The position numbers and the translations under genes are program-made. The notes under the pieces were generated by a model. It worked only from the letters and a program-made list of their open reading frames with translations. It was not told the DNA's origin and did not search any database. A stretch of DNA of 64,000 nt, taken from Halarcobacter sp. (lineage in GTDB: Bacteria; Campylobacterota; Campylobacteria; Campylobacterales; Arcobacteraceae). Positions 43,097-52,342 of this stretch are shown piece by piece. The stretch spans positions 960,001 through 1,024,000 of the forward strand of contig OY781089.1 of assembly GCA_963676565.1 (NCBI GenBank). Direction: 5' to 3'. The stretch's first letter is position 1. Every line of letters begins with the position of its first letter.

Positions 43097-44257
43097 TTAT
43101 TTTCTTAACCCTTTATACTCTTTAAATGATATCTCTTTTACATCTTTTTTCTGAATATAAGTTCCATCACAAATAACAAACCAACCTGGATTTATTTTAG
43201 ATAAACCAGTGTGTGCCAATACATAGTTTTTATATATTTTATTATCTATTTTGGCTCTAATAGATGGTAATTTTCTTAGGTATGCTTTATTTGATATTAC
43301 AATTAATAAATTGTCATTTTTTGAACACTCTTTTGTTAAATCATTTTGTAAATTAACAGTTTTTGATTTTTTCAAAGAGGGTTTGTCTGCATATTCAATT
43401 ATTGCAGTTTTTTGTTCAGTATTAATTTTTGGATAATATCTTTTTATTGGATAAGATTTTTTTACATATGTTGGTTTTTTTAGACTTTTTGGTACTTCTT
43501 TTTTAACAATTTTCTTTATCTCTTCTTTTTCATCTTTTTCATCTTTTTTATCTTTTTCAGGTTCTAGTCTTGATTTTATCATCCAAAGCTGACTACCTTT
43601 ATTCCAATCTTCTATTAAAGCTAACATATCTTTTTCTTTAATATCTAAAATTAACTCAGAGGCTCTTACATTTACAATCTCTTCAATTGTTTGTTTTTTT
43701 ACAACTTTTTTTATCTTTTTCTTAAAAATTGCTTTTTCAGAGGGTAAACCATCAGCAAGAAAACCTAATACTCTTATATTTTTAATAACATATTGTACTG
43801 ATACACCTTTTTCATTTGTAACAGATACAATTTTAATTAAATCATTTGGCTCTAATGTAAAATTGGGGTTTCTAAACATTTTGTATTGCATATTGTAACT
43901 ATTGTATTTGAAGTCAATTTTCTCTTGTTTCTTTTCTTCAATTTTTGTTGTTAACTTTTGTTTTAAAAATGCTTCATTTAAGTAAATAGTTTCTTTTGCA
44001 TATTTGTTAACTATTTCTTTTTGAAGTAGTGGTTTAGTTAATACAAATTGTCTTGCAATTGTAGTACTTTTAATATCTTTTTCAGTAATTAATGTACCCT
44101 TTTTAATATCTTTATTTGCAACAAAAATTCTAACTAATCTATTTTGTTCCTCAACCACTTTTTTATTTTCTTGATAAAAATATACTGATACTGCAATTGC
44201 AGACAGTAACATTGAAAGTAGAATTAATATTATTGCTACTTGTTTATTGAATTTCAT
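43097..44257 (-). CDS. CpaB/RcpC-like SAF-domain protein with C-terminal SH3-like domain
   Basis: N-terminal TM, VANKDIKKGTLITEKDI (SAF), IKNIRVL, C-terminal YLRKLPS...GWF. Confidence 0.78.
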   Translation of the reverse strand: MKFNKQVAIILILLSMLLSAIAVSVYFYQENKKVVEEQNRLVRIFVANKDIKKGTLITEKDIKSTTIARQFVLTKPLLQKEIVNKYAKETIYLNEAFLKQKLTTKIEEKKQEKIDFKYNSYNMQYKMFRNPNFTLEPNDLIKIVSVTNEKGVSVQYVIKNIRVLGFLADGLPSEKAIFKKKIKKVVKKQTIEEIVNVRASELILDIKEKDMLALIEDWNKGSQLWMIKSRLEPEKDKKDEKDEKEEIKKIVKKEVPKSLKKPTYVKKSYPIKRYYPKINTEQKTAIIEYADKPSLKKSKTVNLQNDLTKECSKNDNLLIVISNKAYLRKLPSIRAKIDNKIYKNYVLAHTGLSKINPGWFVICDGTYIQKKDVKEISFKEYKGLRK

Positions 44258-44271
44258 ATTTCCCCTTCATT

Positions 44272-45117
44272 TTACATTCCAAATTCTAATTTCCCAGCCA
44301 TTAAAGGAAAGATTATAAAAGCCCCTAGTGATGGAAGTACAAATATAAAAATAACTAACATTAAGTACATATTTAATGTATTTACTTTACCTTTAATTTT
44401 ATAAAACTTTTCTTGTCTCATTTCATCTGACTGTGTAGAAAATATATTTTTTACACCAATTCCAGCTTCTTCACTTAAAATTAAGAAATCAACTATTTTA
44501 CCTACGTCATCGGAATCAACTCTTTTTTTTAGATTTTCATAAGCTTTTTTAGTAGAATAGTTTGTCATTTCATATTCAAGAATTGCTACTTCTTTTAACA
44601 ATTCTTCATCTAATATTCCATGCGCTCTTGTTGAAACTGTAAAAAAAGCATTTTTTAATCCCCCTCCAGCTTCTAATATTACATTGATTAAATCTAAAAA
44701 AACACCTAAATCATTATTTATCTTTTCAACTCTTTCAGATTTTGATATGCTTATATATAGAGGACCTCCAAATAGTAAAAGAACTATTCCAACTGCAATT
44801 CCAATTATTCCTACAAGACTAAGACCAAATAGTATAGGCAAAGCTATTGATACAATTATGCCTATTAGTGCAAATACTAGTTTACCTTCATTGTATTCTT
44901 TTTTTGTAAGTCCAGCTTGAACTAGTTTAAAGTATAGATCTTTAGAGTGGTTTTCTTCTGTACCTTTATTCAACTCTTTTTGTTGATCAACAATACCAAC
45001 TGCATCAAGTTTTGATAATAATACTATTTGCTTTTTTTGACCCTTTGAATCAAATAAATACCAAACTAGTATTCCTAAAATTACTAAAATAATCGGTGAA
45101 AAATAAATTAAATCCAT
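44272..45117 (-). CDS. tadC: TadC-like inner membrane platform protein
   Basis: T2SSF-type FLDLINVILEAGGG...EMRQEK; follows tadB. Confidence 0.8.
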   Translation of the reverse strand: MDLIYFSPIILVILGILVWYLFDSKGQKKQIVLLSKLDAVGIVDQQKELNKGTEENHSKDLYFKLVQAGLTKKEYNEGKLVFALIGIIVSIALPILFGLSLVGIIGIAVGIVLLLFGGPLYISISKSERVEKINNDLGVFLDLINVILEAGGGLKNAFFTVSTRAHGILDEELLKEVAILEYEMTNYSTKKAYENLKKRVDSDDVGKIVDFLILSEEAGIGVKNIFSTQSDEMRQEKFYKIKGKVNTLNMYLMLVIFIFVLPSLGAFIIFPLMAGKLEFGM

Positions 45118-45118
45118 T

Positions 45119-46051
45119 TTATCCCTTAACTTTTGTTAATAAGTTATTTACAAAAATACCAAAAGCTACCCATACAGCAATAAAGAACATTTGTACTTGC
45201 CCCTCACTAGTACCAAAGAAATGTTCATCTAGAACACCATCAAGTGAACTATCCATCATTTTATAAATAAAAATCACTAAAGCAATAATCATATAACTTC
45301 CCACTTTTATTTCTCTAGTTGAAGCTGTGATTTCTTGTTTTATTTCACCTTGGTCATGTAAAGTTTTTCTTAGTTTTTCTAAAGTATTTGAGAACTTACC
45401 ACCTGATTGTCTACCAATTGAGATTGTTAAGTAAAAGATTCTTAATTCTTTAGATTCTACAAGAGTAAACATTTTTTGGAAAGCTTTATCTTCTCCTACA
45501 ATATCTTTTTCAACAAGATATAAAGTAAACACTTCTTTTGCAAATTTAGATCTTGATGTGGCAACAGATTTTTTTAAAGCTTGCTCAAATCCAACACCAC
45601 TTTTCATCATACTAGTTACTTTATCTATTATTCCTTTTAATGCAAAGTTAAATTCTTCTAATCTGTTGTCAATCAATTTTTTTAAAACCAATAAGGGGAA
45701 AAAAGAAAATATTATAGCACTAATAGCAAATACTACAGGGTTTGTAATTACAAAGTTTATAAATATTGCTGATAAGAAACCAAAGGCTACAGAAATTATT
45801 ATAAACACAGTTTCAGAATAAGGGGATGAATAACCTGCATAAGTTAATCTTTTCCCTAACCAATTTCTTTCTTTTTTATTTAATCTTGATCTTTTTTTAC
45901 TACCTTCTAATATTTCATTATTATCTTTTGATAATTTACTAATAATTCTATTTTTTTTATTATATTCTAAAGAAAAGTTATAAATTAAAATACCTATAAG
46001 TACTAATAAAATAGGTATAATAATAATTAAAACTATTGTTAAAATATTCAC
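45119..46051 (-). CDS. tadB: TadB-like inner membrane platform protein
   Basis: MKSGVGFEQAL, IGRQSGGKFSNTL; GTG 46051 chosen because the track start overlaps tadA. Confidence 0.82.
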   Translation of the reverse strand: MNILTIVLIIIIPILLVLIGILIYNFSLEYNKKNRIISKLSKDNNEILEGSKKRSRLNKKERNWLGKRLTYAGYSSPYSETVFIIISVAFGFLSAIFINFVITNPVVFAISAIIFSFFPLLVLKKLIDNRLEEFNFALKGIIDKVTSMMKSGVGFEQALKKSVATSRSKFAKEVFTLYLVEKDIVGEDKAFQKMFTLVESKELRIFYLTISIGRQSGGKFSNTLEKLRKTLHDQGEIKQEITASTREIKVGSYMIIALVIFIYKMMDSSLDGVLDEHFFGTSEGQVQMFFIAVWVAFGIFVNNLLTKVKG

Positions 46052-46055
46052 GTTA

Positions 46056-47660
46056 TTAGTCTCTTTGTATTTTTTGGAAATGTGGCCATTTATGGAAAAT
46101 TTGTGGATCTTGATGTAAAAAAATATCAACAAATTCATCTTTCCATCCACACATTTTATCTGGTAAATCTTTTTCCAATTCATCAATCAACATAGATTTT
46201 GGCATCTCAAACTCTTTATTAAAAATAGATATATCTATATCCACACCAAACATATTCATTTGATTGACTGTTCTTGAAGGTGTCGAGACAACTTCAAATT
46301 TACCTTTTGTTTTGGACATATCACTAGTATCTCTTTTAAATTCAAAAATATTGTTCAATGAGATTACTGAATTGTCTTCAATCCTTCTTTCAACTTCAGA
46401 GATTGTAATTACTTTTCTTGTTCCATCAGGGAACCTTACAAGTTGTAAAATCAAATCAACTGCTGAAACAATTTGAGCTCTAATAAAGTTAATATTTGCA
46501 CTAGGTCTTGCTTCCAAATACATATTTTCAATTCTTACTAATGCTTCTTTTGTATTATCGGCGTGAACTGTTGTCATAGATCCAGGGTGTCCTGTATTCA
46601 TGGCATTTAACATTACAACAATCTCGGCCCCTCTACACTCCCCAACAATAATTCTTCTAGGAGATGATCTAAGAGCTGAACGAAGTAAAAACTCTAATGG
46701 AATTGCACCTTTCCCTTCTTCATTTGCCATTCTTGCTTCATATTGTCTAATTGAGTGACATGGCATTTGAGGTTTCATCTCTTTTGTATCTTCAATTACC
46801 ATTAATTGTTCATTCTCATCAATAAATCTAGTCATAGCATTAAGAAAAGTTGTTTTACCACTTGAAGTACCACCTGAAACAATGATATTACATTTGCCCT
46901 TAGCTACTTTAAGTAAAAAGTATGCCATTTTATAATCCATTTGTCCTGAATCAATCAAAAATTCTAAAAGTAGTGGAAGGTCATTAAACTTTCTTATTGT
47001 TACGCAACTTCCGTCATTTGCTGCGATTGGAGGGATTTGTACTTCAACCCTAGAACCATCTTTTAATTTACTTGACATAATAGGATGTGCTTCATCAATT
47101 TTTCTATTATTTTCAGCAAGCATTTTATCAATTACTTTTCGTAGTTCCTCTTCGCTTCTAAAGGTAAATGGTGTTTGGACAGTTTTACCTTTGTAAATAA
47201 TATCAATATAATCTTTTGTATTTATAATTACATCATTTAAACCATCTTTTGCAATATTGAAAAGTGCAGTTATAGGGCCATATCCAATAACATTGTTTAT
47301 AATAAACTCTTTGATATCTTCTAGAATATTTTTTGGAAGTTTAGATGCTTGTTTAAAAGATAGTATAAATTCTGGTAAAACATCTTCTAGTGAATCACGT
47401 GTGATTTTCTTATCAGACTTTAGATTTATCATAAAGTTATCATTTATTTCATAAGCTAATTCTAAAAGTTTAGCATCTAAATAAATTTTTGGAAAAACAA
47501 GTTCATTATGTTTATTTCTTTTTTTTACTTGCTCAATTTTTTCTTTTGCAATGGAATTTGTACTTGGTTCTTCTACAATAGATTCTTCAGTAGAAAAAGA
47601 TTGTTTCTTTATCTCTTTTTTTTGTTCTTCATCTGCAATTAAGAGTCTTAAGTTTTTCAA
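46056..47660 (-). CDS. tadA: Tad pilus assembly ATPase (TadA/CpaF)
   Basis: GYGPI, GGTSSGKTT, IEDTKE, RIIVGECRG, MNTGHPGSMTTVHA. Confidence 0.95.
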   Translation of the reverse strand: MKNLRLLIADEEQKKEIKKQSFSTEESIVEEPSTNSIAKEKIEQVKKRNKHNELVFPKIYLDAKLLELAYEINDNFMINLKSDKKITRDSLEDVLPEFILSFKQASKLPKNILEDIKEFIINNVIGYGPITALFNIAKDGLNDVIINTKDYIDIIYKGKTVQTPFTFRSEEELRKVIDKMLAENNRKIDEAHPIMSSKLKDGSRVEVQIPPIAANDGSCVTIRKFNDLPLLLEFLIDSGQMDYKMAYFLLKVAKGKCNIIVSGGTSSGKTTFLNAMTRFIDENEQLMVIEDTKEMKPQMPCHSIRQYEARMANEEGKGAIPLEFLLRSALRSSPRRIIVGECRGAEIVVMLNAMNTGHPGSMTTVHADNTKEALVRIENMYLEARPSANINFIRAQIVSAVDLILQLVRFPDGTRKVITISEVERRIEDNSVISLNNIFEFKRDTSDMSKTKGKFEVVSTPSRTVNQMNMFGVDIDISIFNKEFEMPKSMLIDELEKDLPDKMCGWKDEFVDIFLHQDPQIFHKWPHFQKIQRD

Positions 47661-49249
47661 TTTTTATCCTTATTTAAAAAACCAAATAGACTTTTTTGTT
47701 TTTTTATCTTTTGAACTGTATCCCCTATATATTCCTTATCTCTTAAGATACTTTCTAGGTTTGTTACAAAAATAGAATCTGATGAGATACTAGAAGCAAG
47801 TTCACAGTAGTTCCAACATTTACCTAGAGTTTGATAATCATTTGGAATTTTAAGATAATTTATTTTATCTTCTTTCGAACTTGTATTCATAATTGAATCA
47901 AAATCTGAAGAAGAGATTTCATTTAATGAATTAACTCTATTAACTATAAAAGTAACTTTTTCTTTTAATCCAGCTCTTTTCATAAGTGAATAAAATGTTT
48001 TTAGTTTACTAACATGTGGTAGTGTCATTTCTGTTAATACCCAAATCTCATTTACTAAATCATATACTGTACTTTTAAGTGAAGAAGCATCAGCTTCTCC
48101 AGTATCTATGATTATGTAATTAAATTTTTCACTAGCTTTTAGTAAATAATCTAACATTTTTTCTATAAAATTATCTTTTTCAATTAAATCTTTATCAATA
48201 TGCTTTTGAATACCATTAATTGAATAAAAGTTTTCTCGTACCTTTACTAATCCTAGTTCAAGATTTTTCTTAAGATTAAAATCTCCAAAATTAACTAAAT
48301 CGATGATTGTTTCACTAGGGATTGGATTTTGAGATAAAAAAAGATTGCTTATAGCTTTAGTTGTAGATAAATCAACATATAAAACATTTTTGTTTGGATT
48401 GTTTTTTGCAATTAAATCTGCAGCATTCATTGAAACAGTAGTTGATCCAATACCTCCTGATACTCCACTAATAGCAATGATTTTATTATCGTTTTTATTT
48501 TTATTAATAAGTTTATATTTTGTATCTAAGATTATATTTTTGATTTTTTCAGGGGAAAATTCATCAATAGAGATATAGTTTTCAATATTTAGTTTTCCAC
48601 AGGTAAGTGAGAGGTGGTGATCATTTGGGCCAACCACTATTACAAATTCATTAAAAGTTCTTAAAATATGCTCATCATCATTTATAAGTTCATTATTTTG
48701 CACTGTATAAATTATAATGTTTTTAGAATTTTTTAAATTTAGTTTATCTGAAACTTTTGCTATATCATGAATTACACTAATATCAGCGTTTAGTAAAATA
48801 TCTAAATTTGTTTCTAACTTATTAGCAAATTTAACTGTATTCTTATCTGTAACTATGAAAATATTTAATGGTGTATTTTGAGATAAAAGATCTTTTTCTA
48901 TTTCAAATATCTTTCTTAAAGCGATTTTTGATTTTTTTAGAAGCTCTCTTAAAACAGACCTATACCAAATTCTTTTGTTAAAAGTAATTTTTCCAAAAAT
49001 TACATCACCATCTTTTAGGATAATAGAATATTTATTATTTATAAAATTGATATCATCATCGATTATGTCATATCCATCAATAGTAAAACCATATACAAAA
49101 TTATTGTATTTAAAATCATATTTCATAAATGTTAGTTTTTGAATATTTGAGATTAGTACAAAAAGTTGTAGTATTTCTATTACATTTTCTCTTCTAATCT
49201 CAAGAGCACCTTGTATATTTGAATATTCTTGATACTGTTTATAATCCAT
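47657..49249 (-). CDS. TadZ/CpaE-like MinD/ParA-type protein with long N-terminal extension
   Basis: Deviant Walker A SGVSGGIGSTT, YVDL, YIIIDTG, IVNR; lies upstream of tadA. Confidence 0.78.
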   Translation of the reverse strand: MDYKQYQEYSNIQGALEIRRENVIEILQLFVLISNIQKLTFMKYDFKYNNFVYGFTIDGYDIIDDDINFINNKYSIILKDGDVIFGKITFNKRIWYRSVLRELLKKSKIALRKIFEIEKDLLSQNTPLNIFIVTDKNTVKFANKLETNLDILLNADISVIHDIAKVSDKLNLKNSKNIIIYTVQNNELINDDEHILRTFNEFVIVVGPNDHHLSLTCGKLNIENYISIDEFSPEKIKNIILDTKYKLINKNKNDNKIIAISGVSGGIGSTTVSMNAADLIAKNNPNKNVLYVDLSTTKAISNLFLSQNPIPSETIIDLVNFGDFNLKKNLELGLVKVRENFYSINGIQKHIDKDLIEKDNFIEKMLDYLLKASEKFNYIIIDTGEADASSLKSTVYDLVNEIWVLTEMTLPHVSKLKTFYSLMKRAGLKEKVTFIVNRVNSLNEISSSDFDSIMNTSSKEDKINYLKIPNDYQTLGKCWNYCELASSISSDSIFVTNLESILRDKEYIGDTVQKIKKQKSLFGFLNKDKN

Positions 49250-49265
49250 TAATTTAAATCCTTTA

Positions 49266-51659
49266 CTATTGTTTAACTATATTAATTTCATCTATTGCAA
49301 CCCATTCATCATTCCAACTTGTATTAGGTCTAAAAGTGATTTTTAAGTTACCACTACTATCTGTAGTTCCAGAAAAATTTTTAGGAGTCCAATATCCATT
49401 TGTTTCATAGAATCCATAAGAGTAAGTATTATTCAAATAAACTTCTAATTTTTCATTACTTTCCCAACTAGTTGGTGTTGCATAGTTTAAAGATATTGAA
49501 ACATCAACATTTTTACATCCATTTCCAAAGTTATATGTTTTATAACCATAGTCATCTCTTTCGATTACATAATAGGAATTATATCTATATCCCCCTGACC
49601 AGTATTCTGAGTTAGAAGAGAAATCATCAGTTTCATTTATTGTACATTCAACATTTGCAATTATGTTTAATATAAATGAGGTATTAGTAGAATCTGTACC
49701 ATCTGTTGCTATTATATTTACTATAACTGGTGAATAGTGTTGAGTATTATCAGGAATAGTTGTACTTAATACAGCATTTGTTGTAGTATTATAGCCTAAT
49801 GAAGCAGCTGTAACAGTATAAGTAACATCATCTCCATCAGAATCAGTGCAATAAGTATCTAAATTTAAACTAAAGTTTTCAGTTTCAGTTGCCGTTTGTG
49901 TTGGAATTGTTTGACATTGAGGCGCGTTATTATTTATATTTTCTGTAACATTTATTGAAAATGATGGCAATGAAACTGAAGTAAAACCATCTGATACAGA
50001 GATTACTATACTTGTATAATTTCCAACTTGAGAATTATTTGGGGCACCTGATAATTGTCCTGTATTTGTATCAAAATTTGCCCATAAAGGTTTGTTTGAA
50101 ATTGAAAATGTTAAATTATCTCCATCTGGGTCAGAAGCAACAGGTACAAAAGAATAAATACTTCCAGCTTGTATTGTTCTCATTGGATTTCCACTAATTA
50201 CTGGTGCTTGATTAATGTTATTAACTGTAATTGTACATGTTTGAATATTGCTTGAACCTTCATTATCTCTAGCAATTATAGTAATAATATCATCACCATA
50301 AAAATCTGTATTTGGTGTATATGTAATTGAATCAGTACCAACTAAAACTGAACCATTAATTGCAGAACCTGTAATATCAGATATCCACTTATCATCAGAT
50401 GAAGTAAATGAAAAAGTTGATGTTGTATTTTCATCAATTGGAGCAGGGCAACTTAAAACTAAAGTTGGTTGAGCATTACCATTACAAGTTAAATTTATAG
50501 ACCCATCACTTAAAACACTATAAGTGTTTAATTGGTTTGGAATTACAACTCTAGTAGTGTTTAAAAAGATGTCATTAAAGTCTTCATCTCCACCACCATT
50601 TAAATCTTCCATTGCATATCTATACTCATCATTTATATCATGAATACAATCATTAACACCCTCTTTATAACTTGTTGCAGGATCATTTGTAATATCAGGA
50701 ATATTATTGAATTGATTATTATCATAATTAACTACATTACAGTGATCTATAAAATCATCATAAGTCTGTGTTCCTTGACCTGCAAAAGCACCATATCCTC
50801 CAACAAATTCATTATATGTAGTCCAAACACTTTCAGGGATAATTTGTATATGAGGATAACCATCTCCATTTAATTCATTATGCTCAAAATAAACATTGGC
50901 ATTTTCTCTTTTTACACCATTAATATTAACAGTTGGATTTCCAGATACATTATCAAAACAATATGTTCCATTACCATTTTCTCCAAATGTCATAGTATCA
51001 CCAACATTGGGTCTTGCATATCCATTTTTAAAAATATTATAACCATCTGAGATTAAAAAAACGTGAGTTGGTGGACTAGTTATTGCTGTTCCATTATTTA
51101 GAAGCGTTCCAACAAGATTATGATCATCTGAGTTTGCTAAAATTATTCTTGTGTTTGTAACACAGTTGTTTCTATCTAAATCATAAAGTCCCACCATATT
51201 TGTAAATCCAGCACTTTCTCCACCATAAGTTATTGTAACACTTCTTGGGGTATTAACTGCTTCTGTCCAAGAAAAAGGACCTACTGTAAAATCATTTTTA
51301 TCAAAAAATCTATACCAAAAGGTATCATAGGGATGTTGTGCAATAGATGCGGTAACTTGATCAGGCTCACCATCTCCATCACTATCCCACCATCTGTAAG
51401 ATACCAGTTGGTTTGATAAGGTTTCATTTCCTAATTTTTGTTGATTTAAAATTGAAGTAGTTATATTTTGTGCAGTACACATATCAATATTTGATTCATA
51501 ATATCTTGCCATAGCATTTGCAGAGCTTTTTACTAGAGCTTTCAAATCATAAATATAATTTCTTGTTGAGGTTTCATCATTTACTGTTGCAACAAAGGTT
51601 ACTATTCCCATAAGAAGTAGGAAGCCTAAAAAAAGTTGGTCTAATACTGCTTTTTTCAA
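49266..51659 (-). CDS. Large pilin-like adhesin (TadG-like N-terminus, DUF4114-like domain, Ig/cadherin-like repeats)
   Basis: KKA + hydrophobic helix; ESAGFTNMVGLY and EDLNGGGDEDFND; YTPNTDFYGDD; NQAPVISG...DPDGDNLTF...TGQLSGAP. Confidence 0.75.
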   Translation of the reverse strand: MKKAVLDQLFLGFLLLMGIVTFVATVNDETSTRNYIYDLKALVKSSANAMARYYESNIDMCTAQNITTSILNQQKLGNETLSNQLVSYRWWDSDGDGEPDQVTASIAQHPYDTFWYRFFDKNDFTVGPFSWTEAVNTPRSVTITYGGESAGFTNMVGLYDLDRNNCVTNTRIILANSDDHNLVGTLLNNGTAITSPPTHVFLISDGYNIFKNGYARPNVGDTMTFGENGNGTYCFDNVSGNPTVNINGVKRENANVYFEHNELNGDGYPHIQIIPESVWTTYNEFVGGYGAFAGQGTQTYDDFIDHCNVVNYDNNQFNNIPDITNDPATSYKEGVNDCIHDINDEYRYAMEDLNGGGDEDFNDIFLNTTRVVIPNQLNTYSVLSDGSINLTCNGNAQPTLVLSCPAPIDENTTSTFSFTSSDDKWISDITGSAINGSVLVGTDSITYTPNTDFYGDDIITIIARDNEGSSNIQTCTITVNNINQAPVISGNPMRTIQAGSIYSFVPVASDPDGDNLTFSISNKPLWANFDTNTGQLSGAPNNSQVGNYTSIVISVSDGFTSVSLPSFSINVTENINNNAPQCQTIPTQTATETENFSLNLDTYCTDSDGDDVTYTVTAASLGYNTTTNAVLSTTIPDNTQHYSPVIVNIIATDGTDSTNTSFILNIIANVECTINETDDFSSNSEYWSGGYRYNSYYVIERDDYGYKTYNFGNGCKNVDVSISLNYATPTSWESNEKLEVYLNNTYSYGFYETNGYWTPKNFSGTTDSSGNLKITFRPNTSWNDEWVAIDEINIVKQ

Positions 51660-51672
51660 AAAATCCCCTTTT

Positions 51673-52107
51673 TTAAATTTGATAAATTCCTATTTTATAG
51701 AATATTTCTGTTAAACAAACAGCTAAAAAAATAGCTGGAGCCATAGGCGCAACCTTGCGTCTTTTATATTTTTGAATAAAAATTAAAAATAGTGCTTGAC
51801 AAAGACCTGTTAAAATTAAAAATAATGGAAATAATAAAGGTTCTAAATATATAGCCACAACCATAATATATTTGATATCCCCACCACCTAAAATTTGTTT
51901 AGGCATTATTAATAATATTATAACAAAAAATATTAAAATTACAAGTGAAATAATGAATGATATGTAGTTTAGTTTATCTTCAAGCAAGCCAAAGATTAGT
52001 AGAAATAAAAATAAGGTAGCAAGTGTGATATTTGGTATTTTAAATTTAGTACAATCAGTATATGAAAGTAGTAATGAAAATATGTAAAATGATAATGTAA
52101 AAATCAT
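51673..52107 (-). CDS. Prepilin peptidase A24 (TadV/CpaA-like)
   Basis: YTD...IPN and LGGGDIK aspartates, P-M-AP; no methyltransferase domain. Confidence 0.88.
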   Translation of the reverse strand: MIFTLSFYIFSLLLSYTDCTKFKIPNITLATLFLFLLIFGLLEDKLNYISFIISLVILIFFVIILLIMPKQILGGGDIKYIMVVAIYLEPLLFPLFLILTGLCQALFLIFIQKYKRRKVAPMAPAIFLAVCLTEIFYKIGIYQI

Positions 52108-52111
52108 TTAA

Positions 52112-52297
52112 TTAGGTGTTAGTAATTGAAATTATTCTTGTATTAGATTCATTTTTTAAAGTTTCTTTATGCTGTGAAAACCAAGATTCTATGGCAATTA
52201 ATCCTACAATGCCAGCTATTACAAGAAGTAAAGTAACTAGGATTTTATCCATTGCACCTTTTTCTGATTTTAATCTTCTTTTTAAAAATTCTAACAT
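52112..52297 (-). CDS. Flp-like major pilin (non-canonical motif)
   Basis: 61 aa; leader ...LKSEKG, then a ~20-aa hydrophobic helix; first gene of the Tad run; GGAG RBS. Confidence 0.78.
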   Translation of the reverse strand: MLEFLKRRLKSEKGAMDKILVTLLLVIAGIVGLIAIESWFSQHKETLKNESNTRIISITNT

Positions 52298-52325
52298 TTA
52301 AATACTCCAACAGTGAATTTAAAAA

Positions 52326-52334
52326 ATTATAGCA
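52326..52334 (-). promoter_or_regulatory. Extended -10 sigma70 promoter upstream of the pilin
   Basis: TGCTATAAT on the minus strand, about 30 bp upstream of the ATG. Confidence 0.6.
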
Positions 52335-52342
52335 CAAAAAAG

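Noticed and set aside
46052..46186. Extended N-termini in the ORF track (tadB from 46186, secretin from 42681, regulator from 9501)
   Set aside because: They overlap upstream genes; downstream starts give better coupling or RBS.
52116..52301. 61-aa plus-strand ORF opposite the pilin
   Set aside because: The minus-strand ORF has the promoter, RBS, pilin architecture and operon context.
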